Source of the DNA: an uncultured virus (IMG/VR IMGVR_UViG_2882707223_000001)
Taxonomy: Duplodnaviria; Heunggongvirae; Uroviricota; Caudoviricetes
IMG/VR virus record: IMGVR_UViG_2882707223_000001
Length of the DNA stretch: 29,511 nucleotides
Direction: 5' to 3' (one strand)
Translations under genes and position numbers: made by a program
Shown: positions 6,952 through 16,214 of the stretch, piece by piece
How positions within the stretch are numbered: the first letter of the stretch is position 1
Layout of the letters: every line of letters starts with the position of its first letter
Notes under the pieces: model-generated
The model's input: only the letters and a program-made list of their open reading frames with translations
Database searches by the model: none
What the model was told of the DNA's origin: nothing

Positions 6952-8523
6952 ATGAAAAATAATAAATTAAATAGAAATGTAAATAAGGTAATAACAATAG
7001 GAATGGCGGGGGCTGTTGCCCTCTCTGCTCCACTTAGTTTTGTATATGCTAGTCCAGACGCTGACGAACAACACGAATACACAGATATTCACGGCGTATG
7101 TGATATATGCGGGGAAACAAAAGAAGATGGAAACCACTTTGTAGATGAAATTATAGATGATGGCATTATAGAAATTGATCCAAATGATACCGAAAATGAT
7201 AAAAAAGATGATGATGTTATTATAGTTGATACTTGCGATGAGGATCATATTGAATATCCTTTTGTGGATTTAGATAATGACGGTTTTTGTGATAACTGTG
7301 GGGCTGAAAAGAAAGAAAACACAGAGAACACAGAAAGCACAGAAATACCAGAAGAAAAGAAAGACTTTACTTTTTTTATAAAAGGTTATAATACTGCTGA
7401 TGATAAAAATATAACAAATATCTATAATAAATTAAAAACAGATGGAAAATATAAATTGTCTTATAGTGATAATAAAACAGAAAAAGATTTAAAGGTAAAA
7501 GTAAATATTTATAATAACAATGATGAAATTATTGATAATTTTGTACTTAGTAATAGTGATAATATTATAAAAAATTTACTTGATGAAGATGAACAAGGTT
7601 ATAAACAATTTTCTTGTAAATATGAACTTGTAGCCGAAAATTTGCACTATACAAAAGATAATAAATGTTTTATGTATAGTAGCATAAAAACAGAAAATGG
7701 CGAAATTCCTGTTTTGAAATTATTTCAATTAACGCCTTGTACTAATCACAGTGATTTTGAAAATCCTGTTCATATTGAAAAAGAATTTGGCGTTGTATGT
7801 GATTATAATAATCCTAATTTTGATTTAGATTTATTTTTAGAAGATGAAGAAATAGAAAACTTTTTCTTTGGTAATATAGTTGTTGATAAAGATTGCTGTT
7901 GTGTGAGTGGTGTTCCTGATTTACCAGACTTACCAGACATAAGCACAGAAACAACAGAAACTACGGAAAGCACTGAAACAGAAAGCACCGAAACAGAGAG
8001 TACAGAAACAGAGAGTACAGAAACAGAAAGCACTGAAACGGAAAGCACTGAAACAGAATCCTCTGAAACAGAATCCTCTGAAACGGAAAGCACTGAAACA
8101 GAATCCTCTGAAACAGAATCCTCTGAAACAGAAAGCACTGAAACAGAATCCTCTGAAACAGAAAGCACTGAAACAGAATCTTCTGAAACAGAGAGTACAG
8201 AAACAGAAAGCACCGAAACAGAATCTTCTGAAACAGAATCCTCTGAAACAAGAACAACTGAAACAACAACAACTCCTACTCCTGAACCTGTTAAACCTGT
8301 GAATCCTGTTGAACCTGTAAAGCCTGTTGAGCCTACACCAACACCAATTACAACCACAACAGAAACAACAACTACCACAACAGAAACAGGAAAAGTTGAT
8401 CCTAGTGAAAAAAATGAAATTGTTCAGACTGGCGATTTAGCAACTAATACATATTATGGCGGCTATTTCTTAACTGGGGGATTTGCTGTTTTAACTGCAT
8501 TTTTTAAAAAGTTTAAAAAATAA
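6952..8523 (+). CDS. Cell-wall-anchored acidic surface protein with Glu/Thr/Ser stalk
   Basis: Signal peptide, CxxC motifs, ETEST/ETESS array, PVEPVKP linker, sorting signal VQTGD + hydrophobic helix + KKFKK. Confidence 0.85.
   Translation: MKNNKLNRNVNKVITIGMAGAVALSAPLSFVYASPDADEQHEYTDIHGVCDICGETKEDGNHFVDEIIDDGIIEIDPNDTENDKKDDDVIIVDTCDEDHIEYPFVDLDNDGFCDNCGAEKKENTENTESTEIPEEKKDFTFFIKGYNTADDKNITNIYNKLKTDGKYKLSYSDNKTEKDLKVKVNIYNNNDEIIDNFVLSNSDNIIKNLLDEDEQGYKQFSCKYELVAENLHYTKDNKCFMYSSIKTENGEIPVLKLFQLTPCTNHSDFENPVHIEKEFGVVCDYNNPNFDLDLFLEDEEIENFFFGNIVVDKDCCCVSGVPDLPDLPDISTETTETTESTETESTETESTETESTETESTETESTETESSETESSETESTETESSETESSETESTETESSETESTETESSETESTETESTETESSETESSETRTTETTTTPTPEPVKPVNPVEPVKPVEPTPTPITTTTETTTTTTETGKVDPSEKNEIVQTGDLATNTYYGGYFLTGGFAVLTAFFKKFKK
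7972..8250 (+). repeat. 15-bp coding tandem repeat (ETEST/ETESS)
   Basis: Units such as ACTGAAACAGAAAGC and TCTGAAACAGAATCC, about 18 copies. Confidence 0.9.
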
Positions 8524-8550
8524 AAATTTATAGAAAGGGGGATATAAAAA

Positions 8551-8877
8551 ATGGAAGAATTAACATTATTTGAAAAAGTAATTTTATTTTTCAGTGGGGA
8601 AGGTGGCACAACAATAGAAGAAGTATTCTCATTTTTCAGGGATATGTTACCTATTTATGTAATTTTTACTCCTGCGGCTGTTGTTGGAATTTGTATACTT
8701 CTTGTAATGATAATGACAACTCCTAGTGATACAAAAGCGGTTGAATATAAAGAATATATAAAATATATATGTTGGGCATGGGTGATCCTTCAGTTCGTTC
8801 CTACTTTTATGGTAATGTGCTTTAATTATGCAACTGCAAATAACGCCTTCACTTGGGCTGTTTCTAACAGTATTTAA
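8551..8877 (+). CDS. Two-TM membrane protein, VirB2/TrbC pilin-like candidate
   Basis: Two hydrophobic helices joined by a Lys-containing loop (SDTKAVEYKEYIK), Pro after the second helix. Confidence 0.5.
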   Translation: MEELTLFEKVILFFSGEGGTTIEEVFSFFRDMLPIYVIFTPAAVVGICILLVMIMTTPSDTKAVEYKEYIKYICWAWVILQFVPTFMVMCFNYATANNAFTWAVSNSI

Positions 8878-8897
8878 TTATTAAACTATAAAAACTA

Positions 8898-8929
8898 AAT
8901 AGCGTATATCTTAGGTATGCGCTATTTTT
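8898..8929 (+). terminator. Intrinsic terminator
   Basis: AATAGCGTATA-tcttagg-TATGCGCTATT-TTT. Confidence 0.75.
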
Positions 8930-9047
8930 GATCTATTGCTTTTATAAATAAAAGATTATAAAATTAATATATAAGTTATTTATTTTATAAAAGTATAGTG
9001 TTTAAAAGTTAAAAGGTGGCGGCTTAATCTGCGTGATTATGTAAGGC

Positions 9048-9075
9048 GTCCATTATAAGAAAAGTTATGTAATAT
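9048..9075. other. dif-like Xer recombination site candidate
   Basis: GTCCATTATAA-GAAAAG-TTATGTAATAT, 11-6-11 layout with XerD-like TTATGTAA arm. Confidence 0.45.
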
Positions 9076-9210
9076 AACAATTTTATATTACTTTTAGATG
9101 AAAAATTATAAAATGAATAACATTTTTTTATATGACAACTAAATACAAAATTTAATATAGAGTAAACCAAAAAAACCAAAAAAATATAATGTGAAAGGAA
9201 ATAAAATATT

Positions 9211-9522
9211 ATGAAGAAAGAGATTTATAATGAATTAAAGAAGGAACTATTAAACAATGACAGAATAGAAAAGGTAAGTAAAAAAGGTGATTACATTACA
9301 TTAGAACTTAATGCAACTGATTATCTTTATACGCCTAATGAAATAAGATTTATTTTACATATTGCTCTTATGAATCTGAATAAAGATTTTAATTATTGCG
9401 AATATGAAAATGAAGAACTTCCAACAAAATATGGCAAGTTTAAATATGTTAAGCACGAACAAGGTAACAGTATAAGTCTTAATACTTTTATTGTTTATAG
9501 CGTAACCTATAAAATCATTTAA
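9211..9522 (+). CDS. Hypothetical protein
   Basis: GAAAGGA RBS; terminator-like hairpin at 9552-9602 follows. Confidence 0.7.
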   Translation: MKKEIYNELKKELLNNDRIEKVSKKGDYITLELNATDYLYTPNEIRFILHIALMNLNKDFNYCEYENEELPTKYGKFKYVKHEQGNSISLNTFIVYSVTYKII

Positions 9523-9645
9523 AATTTAATAAAAAACTTAATATTGAAATTAAGGGATCATCTTTTTTCGAGTAGAAGTGAAAAAGGTTGATCCCTTTTT
9601 TTATACTAAAACACAAAAAAACTTATAAAAAGGAAGGTAATAAAA

Positions 9646-9894
9646 ATGAAAATAGAAGAAGTTTATAAGATAATGCAATTATTAAAAAGAGATAAAAGAT
9701 TTGATGTATTTGTGGATATTGAAAATCTTGGAAAGGATTATGATCGTGAGAATTTACCATATATGATTTTAGAACATAATCCATATCAACCAGTTCAAGA
9801 ATTACGCTTACAAGGTTTAATTTATATGGGCTTTATTACTGATGGATATTATCATTTTCATAAAAAAGTATATCCTGTTGAAATATTTGCATAA
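9646..9894 (+). CDS. Hypothetical protein
   Basis: AAGGAAGG RBS. Confidence 0.7.
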   Translation: MKIEEVYKIMQLLKRDKRFDVFVDIENLGKDYDRENLPYMILEHNPYQPVQELRLQGLIYMGFITDGYYHFHKKVYPVEIFA

Positions 9895-9938
9895 ACAAAC
9901 TAATTATAAAAAACTTTTGAAAAGGAAGGGTAAAGATT

Positions 9939-10454
9939 ATGACAAAAACTTATTTTGAAAATGTAAACACACTTGAAGAATTAAGAAAGCAATACAAGAA
10001 ACTTATTAAAATGTATCATCCTGATAATGCGTTTGGCTCTGATGAAGATATGAAAGCAATAAACGCTGCATATGAGCGGCTTTTTAAAATCTTAAAAGAC
10101 AAGCACACACAGGAAACAGAAGAAACAGAAGCGGCAGGCGGTTATCAGTCTACATATTCAAAAAATATGTATAATTTTGAAGATGATTCCGTGTTGCGTG
10201 AAATGCTTACAAGAATTATAAATTTTGACTGTGATATAGAAATTATAGGCTCTTGGCTATGGGTTTTTAATTCATTCAATTACAGAAAAGAGTTAAAAGA
10301 ATTAGGCTTCAAATATGCAAGCAATAAAAAGGCTTGGTATTTTCATACTGAAGCATTTAGAAAATCAAGCAATAAAAAATTAAGCCTTGATGATATAAGG
10401 GCTTATTATGGAACTACTAAAATAAAAGAGGAAAAACGGCTATTAGAAGCCTAA
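9939..10454 (+). CDS. J-domain (DnaJ-like) protein
   Basis: LEELRKQYKKLIKMYHPD...MKAINAAYE with HPD motif; C-terminal IEIIGSWLWV...LKELGFKY domain. Confidence 0.85.
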   Translation: MTKTYFENVNTLEELRKQYKKLIKMYHPDNAFGSDEDMKAINAAYERLFKILKDKHTQETEETEAAGGYQSTYSKNMYNFEDDSVLREMLTRIINFDCDIEIIGSWLWVFNSFNYRKELKELGFKYASNKKAWYFHTEAFRKSSNKKLSLDDIRAYYGTTKIKEEKRLLEA

Positions 10455-10545
10455 AAAATTATAGGGATTATTTTTATAAAAGATAATCCCTTTTTATAAA
10501 AAAAGCACAATAAAACACAATAATTATAGAAAGGAAGAAAAAACT

Positions 10546-11622
10546 ATGAAAAAACTAATAATAACAATAACAAATATTTTAATGAGCCTTAGTATTATAG
10601 GCGGCTCTACAACTGAATATATAAAATTTAATGTAAATGATTTAATGAGAGTAGATACCTTTTTATATTCTGCTCCTGAAATTGTAGATGATGAACCATT
10701 TACACAAACGGCTTATACTATTATAAAAGAAAAGAAGGCTGTAAAACCTGAACCAGTGAAGGAAGAAACAACTCCTACTCCTGAACCAGTAAAAAAAGAC
10801 GATTCTAACCAAAAAACTGAACCAGTCAAAAAGGAAGAAACTCCTACTCCTGAACCTGTGAACCCTGAACCAGTAAAGGAAGAAGAACCACAACCACAAG
10901 AACTACAAGATACAGTGGCAAGCGGTAATATTATAAATTTTAACAATAATATTAATAAGCGTGGCGGCGTGGAAACTTTACCAGAGTATTTACAAGGTTA
11001 TGCGGATCAAATTATGGGCGTGTGCTTAAATAATGATGAAATGACACATTGCTTTCATTGGGCTGAACTTTCTGCGTCTGATATGGAAACTATAAAACAA
11101 GCAATAAATAGAACTTATTTCGCTTATTATGACGCTAGAATTATTATAAATTATTGGGATGAAGGGGAATATTATTTAACAACAAATAACAGTAGAGAAA
11201 GATATAATAAAAGTCTTGAAGTTGAGAATAATATAAAAAGTATTGTAAATAATATTGTAACTTCTGATATGACTGAAAAAGACGCTATAATTGCTATAAA
11301 TAATTATGTATGTGATCTTATAACATATGAATTATCACAAGGTGACTTTTATCTTGCTTTACAGACTGGAAAAGGAAACTGCAGAACATATGCTTGTATT
11401 TTTAAAATGATGTGTAATCAAGTAGGCATTGAATGTGACTATATAGAAGGTTATGCAAACGGCGGCGGTCACGCTTGGAATAGAGTATATATTGGCGGCG
11501 TTCCTTACTGGGTAGATGCTTGTTGGAATGATGGCGGCAATCAATATCTTTTAAGTGCTGATTTATGGGAAAATCATTCAGTAAGCACAGTCAATCAATT
11601 TTTTTATAATGATGAATTTTAA
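10546..11622 (+). CDS. Secreted transglutaminase-like (Cys-His-Asp) protein
   Basis: N-terminal hydrophobic leader, Pro/Glu linker, GNCRTYA, GHAWNRV, VDACW. Confidence 0.85.
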   Translation: MKKLIITITNILMSLSIIGGSTTEYIKFNVNDLMRVDTFLYSAPEIVDDEPFTQTAYTIIKEKKAVKPEPVKEETTPTPEPVKKDDSNQKTEPVKKEETPTPEPVNPEPVKEEEPQPQELQDTVASGNIINFNNNINKRGGVETLPEYLQGYADQIMGVCLNNDEMTHCFHWAELSASDMETIKQAINRTYFAYYDARIIINYWDEGEYYLTTNNSRERYNKSLEVENNIKSIVNNIVTSDMTEKDAIIAINNYVCDLITYELSQGDFYLALQTGKGNCRTYACIFKMMCNQVGIECDYIEGYANGGGHAWNRVYIGGVPYWVDACWNDGGNQYLLSADLWENHSVSTVNQFFYNDEF

Positions 11623-11706
11623 AAATAATAGTCTTTACTGCTTAGTGCTGTAAAGGCTATTTTTGATCTGTTGACATTTAAGAGTAAAAAATTATATAAT
11701 TATAAA

Positions 11707-11874
11707 TGACAGAGAAAGAACCCTGTTAAAAAAGTTTTTTATGAAGTTTTTACACTTCTATAAGTTTATTGTGTTTTAGACTTTTTACATTATAAAAAAT
11801 TTTACTCTAAAATATTTATGAATAAAAAAATGTTATTCTATATTATAAGCCGTATAAAAGCGGCTTATTTTTTT
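11707..11874 (+). ncRNA. Candidate sRNA 2
   Basis: TTGACA(11671)-18-TATAAT(11695), no credible ORF, terminator ATAAGCCG-tataaaag-CGGCTTAT-TTTTT. Confidence 0.5.
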
Positions 11875-12057
11875 GCTTTTTTGTAACTGCTTATTATTTT
11901 ATACATATGTTATATGTAATCTATACATAACTTATGGTGTATAAAATATGTATAAAAAGCCTTAAATGCGGTAGGATTGTTTTTAAATTTCTTCAATGAG
12001 TGTTTACCCTCTAAAAGTATTTTAAAATCATTCTGGCGTATTTTTTATAATAAGCAT

Positions 12058-12093
12058 AAGAAAAAGCCCTTATTTTAAAAGGGCTTTTGTCTT
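12058..12093 (-). terminator. Terminator downstream of the recombinase (possibly bidirectional)
   Basis: AAAAGCCCTT...AAGGGCTTTT stem. Confidence 0.7.
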
Positions 12094-12098
12094 GGCTT

Positions 12099-13619
12099 TT
12101 AAATTTTCCAGTCAATTTCTATATTTCCAGATTCGTCAAGTAATATCTTATTTACCAGAATTTTTAACAATGCCTGTTTTTCTTCTGTTGCTAAATCTTT
12201 ATAAATTGTATCTTTTGCTGTTATAGTTTCTGCGCCTGTTCTTTGTAAAACTTTTAAAACTCTATACTCAATTTTATCAGATGGGGCTATATCTGCCTGA
12301 ATCTTATAATTTATTTCTGCGAGTTGTTGCTCTCTTTCCTCTATTGCTTTTGTTATAGTTTCGGCTATTGCGGGGTTTACAGCAAGAGTGGATATAAGGT
12401 TATTTATTTCAGTCTGTAATGAATCGGCTTGCTTTTGGTATTCTTCAAGTTTTGCTTTCCATTCAAGTTGGTTTTTTGTAAAATCATCTAAATACTTTTG
12501 AATTTCAATGGCAACTTTTTCTTGTATTCCTTCCAGTCTTACGCCTTTAAAACTTGTATCACATATGCCTCTTAGTTCGCTTCTACCTACACAAGACATT
12601 GAACCATATTTCCCTTTTATTTTGATAGCCCGTCCACACTTAGCACATTTTACAAGTCCAGACAATTCAGCAAATTTGCCCTTTGGCGTATTATCTCGTG
12701 AGTATGATGTATTTTGGCTTAACCGTTCCTGAACCATTAAAAAGGTGCGGCTGTCAATATATCCCTTCCAGTTGGTTATATAAATTTTCCAGTCGGTGGG
12801 CGGGTTTTGTAAGGTTTTCTCTCCTGATTGATCGGTTTTGTTTAAAATACAACACGCCCGCTCTCCATTCCATTCGCTAGAATCATTTAAAAAATTTGCT
12901 CCTAAACTTTTATAATAATTATATAGTTTTTGGTCTGCTATTGCGTATATAGGGTTTGATAAAATATTATTTATGGCTGTTGCTGTCTTAGATATTCCTT
13001 TTTTATCATATAAAAATTTTGTTAATTTGTGTAATGATGTATTGCTGTCAAAAGCATATTTTTTATATAAAAGTTCTATAATTTCTTTGTCTGCTGTTGG
13101 CTTTAATGTGCTTAATCCGTTTTTATCTTTTGCTAATTTAAAAGCATATGGGGTTTTCCCGCCTAACCAACGCCCGTCTGTTTCTGCTCTGGCATAATAA
13201 GAATCTTTTACTCTTAGCTGTATATTTTCTCGTTCCATTTGGGCAAAATTGATTAAAATACCTATCAATAACCGCCCTATGCTTGATGATGTATCAAATT
13301 CATCTTTTACAGAAACAAAATCACAATGATGTTTATTCATAAAATCATATAAATTATAGAAATCAACAACATTGCGGCTTATACGGTCTAGCTTATAAAC
13401 TATAACTTTGTCAATCCTGTTGTTTTCAATTTCTTCCATAAGGTTTTTAAGTTGTGGGCGTGCTGTATTTTTTCCAGAATACCCTCTATCCTCATAAACT
13501 TTTATATCTGCGCCTTTTTCCCTTCTCTCAACTTCTGCTCTACAAGTTTCGATCTGTGTATCAATACTTAAACTGTCCTCTTTAAAAACGCTCTGCCGTG
13601 CATATATTGCTATTGTCAT
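12099..13619 (-). CDS. Large serine recombinase (integrase)
   Basis: IAIYARQS catalytic Ser, DRGYSG, VYKLDRISR, recombinase domain, zinc ribbon CAKCG...C...C, coiled coil; GGAGGG RBS. Confidence 0.95.
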   Translation of the reverse strand: MTIAIYARQSVFKEDSLSIDTQIETCRAEVERREKGADIKVYEDRGYSGKNTARPQLKNLMEEIENNRIDKVIVYKLDRISRNVVDFYNLYDFMNKHHCDFVSVKDEFDTSSSIGRLLIGILINFAQMERENIQLRVKDSYYARAETDGRWLGGKTPYAFKLAKDKNGLSTLKPTADKEIIELLYKKYAFDSNTSLHKLTKFLYDKKGISKTATAINNILSNPIYAIADQKLYNYYKSLGANFLNDSSEWNGERACCILNKTDQSGEKTLQNPPTDWKIYITNWKGYIDSRTFLMVQERLSQNTSYSRDNTPKGKFAELSGLVKCAKCGRAIKIKGKYGSMSCVGRSELRGICDTSFKGVRLEGIQEKVAIEIQKYLDDFTKNQLEWKAKLEEYQKQADSLQTEINNLISTLAVNPAIAETITKAIEEREQQLAEINYKIQADIAPSDKIEYRVLKVLQRTGAETITAKDTIYKDLATEEKQALLKILVNKILLDESGNIEIDWKI

Positions 13620-13666
13620 ATGAAAAGCCCTCCTTTTGTGGTATAGTCGTGTTATCTACTATAACT

Positions 13667-13695
13667 ATTATATCAGAAAAGTTGACTTTTGACAA
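13667..13695 (-). promoter_or_regulatory. Recombinase promoter at the element boundary
   Basis: TTGTCA (13695-13690), 17 bp, TGnTATAAT (13672-13667). Confidence 0.7.
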
Positions 13696-15028
13696 TATCG
13701 GCTATCTGCTGAAGACCATGATGGATAAGATGATGTGGCAGGCGTATTACAGCTGCTTTGATGAATACCTTAAATCAGAGCTGCAGATGGATTACACGAT
13801 GGCAACCCGCTTCATCAAGGCGTGCGAGAAATACTCCGCCAAGGGAAACGGCATGGAGATCGAGGAAAAATATGAAGGATACTCCCAGGCGGTTCTGATC
13901 GAGATGCTGAACATGCCGCCGGAACTGGAAGAAAAGATAGCTCCGAGTATGACCGTGAAGCAGGTGAGGGAGATAAAGCGGCAGGCAAAACAGAAAGATA
14001 AGCCTCTGAAAGAGTCAGAAGAACCAGCTGATGGAGATATAGTCATAGACGGGGAATACAGAGAGATCGATATACCGGAATCAGAAAATATTGTTCCGGA
14101 GAAAGTTGCGACGTCGCAACCTGAGGATCCTGGCGAGATTCATGATGAAAGATGGTTCGTGGAACAGTATGTTAAATTTGAACCGAAGGAATCTGAAGAA
14201 TTGATGTGCATTTGTCTCCGGGAGAAAGACAATTCTGACAGGGCGGATGCTATTCAGAAGCACATATCCCCATATGGGTACAATTGCGGTGGAAGTTCGG
14301 AATTCGGTTTTGCTTTCCGTAGTTTCGCTGTCGGGGTGAGGCTTTATACAAAAAAAGAGAAGATCCATATGACATATAGGCGATTTGCAAAAGAGCTATG
14401 CCGGATAGCGGAAGAAACAGCGCTACCGCAATCGGCGAAATCGGCATATGGACTTGAAAAAACAGAATACCCGGAAGGGAGTTCTTTGGCGGGAGAAGGA
14501 TGCGGGCATAAGTATAATTGTTTTTTATGCGCACAGGCCTGCAGCATCAGAGGGGAAAACCGGCACTGTAGGTTTGCACCGCTTGGAGCTCCGTTTGATT
14601 GTGAAACGATGGAAATCCTTGAAAAAGGAGATCTGGAGAAAGTAGGGGATAGGTGCCAATTTGTTAATAATGATCTGGCATATCATACAGCAGGCAGCAA
14701 AGAGGCGGATCCATGCTGTAGGGTGTGTGAAGAGGTGTGTGAGTATCGATGCCAGAGATCGATTCAGGAGAATAAAACGGAGAAGCAGAGTGAATCAGAA
14801 GTTCTCCAAGAAAAAGAAATACTGGAGTCGGAAGCTGAGACAGAGAAGGATGAAGATCCCGAGCCGCTGAACGAGATGTGTGAGGTGCGTAAAATTTTGG
14901 AACAGGAGAAACAACATCTTAATGATTATCTTGAAATAGGGGGCATACCGGAAAAAACAATATTCCGCCAGAAGATTATCGTGGCAGCGCTTTCAGCGTT
15001 GGTACGTAATCTGGAAAAATCCGAATAA
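13696..15028 (+). pseudogene. 3' part of a DUF3102-like phage protein gene interrupted by element B
   Basis: Phage-like sequence starts at IGYLLK...YSCFDEYLKSELQMDYTMATRFI with no RBS or start; the first ~33 codons of the listed ORF are AT-rich element-B DNA. Confidence 0.7.
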
Positions 15029-15044
15029 AAGGGAGCAGAATGAA

Positions 15045-15299
15045 ATGAAAAATACACTTACAGACCTTAATAATTATCTTTTTGAGCAGTTAGAGAGGCT
15101 CAACGATGATGATCTGACGGGGGAACAGCTTGACCGGGAACTGCAAAAGACTGACAGCATCGTCAAGATATCCGAGAAGATTATCGAGAACGGAGAACTG
15201 GCTTTTAAGACCATGAAACATTTGGATGAATTCGGATACCATCCGGACAAGAGCATCAGATCAGTACCCCCGATGCTTACCACGGAAGGGAAGTGGTGA
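15045..15299 (+). CDS. Small phage protein upstream of the HNH gene
   Basis: MKNTLTDLNNYLFEQLERLND...; GGGAG RBS. Confidence 0.8.
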   Translation: MKNTLTDLNNYLFEQLERLNDDDLTGEQLDRELQKTDSIVKISEKIIENGELAFKTMKHLDEFGYHPDKSIRSVPPMLTTEGKW

Positions 15300-16132
15300 A
15301 AATGCCTGTATATAGATATTCGCAAGAGGTTCATGATTTCGTAAAGAAATGGAGTCTGAAGCTCCGGGACGAAGATTTGGCTGAAGCATGCAACAGTGAA
15401 CTGGGGACGCATTTCACAGCGCAGTCCATGAAAGCCTTCAGAGGAAATCATGGGTACAGGAATGGCAAGAAGCAATGGACAAAAGAGGAGTATTGGAAGT
15501 ATCAGAAAAAGTATCCCCAGGGGATGTACGAATTTGTCAGGGATAATTCCTGGGGCGTGAGTTCCAAAGAGATGGCAGAGATGGTGAATGAAAAGTTCGG
15601 CACCAGTTTCACGCAGACGATGATGAAGCAGTTCCGGCAAAGGCACGGCATTAAATCCGGCTGTACAGGCTGGTATCAGAAGGGACACCCACCGGGTACG
15701 AAGGGCAGAAAGCAGGAGGACTATATAAAAGATCCAGATGCACTCGAGAGGGCTAAGGCTACGCGCTTCAAAAAAGGTGACAGGCCAGCAAACGAACTGC
15801 CTGTCGGTGCGATCGTAGTCAATTCTGCCGGCTATAAGCTTCGGAAAAAGCAGATGGAGGGGAGTCTCTGGGAACGTTGGGAGTTTCTTCACAGGGCGGT
15901 TTGGGAAGAGCACAACGGGCCGATACCGGAAGGCGTGGTCGTTATTTTTAAAGATAATGACAAGCTGAATTGTGATATTGAAAATCTGATGCTGATCACG
16001 AAGGGTGAAAGCTGCGCATTGACGAGACTGGGTTACCGCTTTGAGGATCCGGATCTGACGCAGGCAGGATTGGGGATCGTTCGGCTGAAGCAGACAGTAG
16101 CAAAGAAAAAGAAGAAAGGGAAGAAGGCATGA
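15293..16132 (+). CDS. HNH endonuclease-like phage protein
   Basis: HRAVWEEHNGPIPEGVVVIFKDNDKLNCDIENLMLI with N-terminal repeats. Confidence 0.85.
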   Translation: MVKMPVYRYSQEVHDFVKKWSLKLRDEDLAEACNSELGTHFTAQSMKAFRGNHGYRNGKKQWTKEEYWKYQKKYPQGMYEFVRDNSWGVSSKEMAEMVNEKFGTSFTQTMMKQFRQRHGIKSGCTGWYQKGHPPGTKGRKQEDYIKDPDALERAKATRFKKGDRPANELPVGAIVVNSAGYKLRKKQMEGSLWERWEFLHRAVWEEHNGPIPEGVVVIFKDNDKLNCDIENLMLITKGESCALTRLGYRFEDPDLTQAGLGIVRLKQTVAKKKKKGKKA

Positions 16133-16214
16133 ACAGAATAGAAAAGGCGGTAGATGAAATAGCAGCCTATGTGTGATAAGGTTTGCGGACATAGAGCGGA
16201 AGAATGGAGGGGTA
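16129..16214 (+). pseudogene. Frameshifted remnant of a small phage gene
   Basis: ATGA-coupled start MNRIEKAVDEIAAYV* continues as CDKVCGHR in another frame at a GTGTG run. Confidence 0.4.

Larger units (their letters stand above)
4301..13695. mobile_element. AT-rich integrative element B with terminal serine recombinase (left part probably beyond prophage A)
   Basis: Uniformly AT-rich block with a shared GAAAGG-type RBS; recombinase at the right edge; abrupt return to phage-like composition inside a reading frame at ~13696. Confidence 0.8.

Noticed and set aside
7972..8250. CRISPR-like array
   Set aside because: Contiguous 15-bp in-frame coding repeats with no unique spacers and no cas genes
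7803..8378. Minus-strand Val/Ser-rich ORFs
   Set aside because: Antisense shadows of the ETEST repeat
13598..13695. N-terminus of the listed 476-aa ORF
   Set aside because: Overlaps the recombinase start, RBS and promoter on the other strand; it is element-B DNA read through by chance
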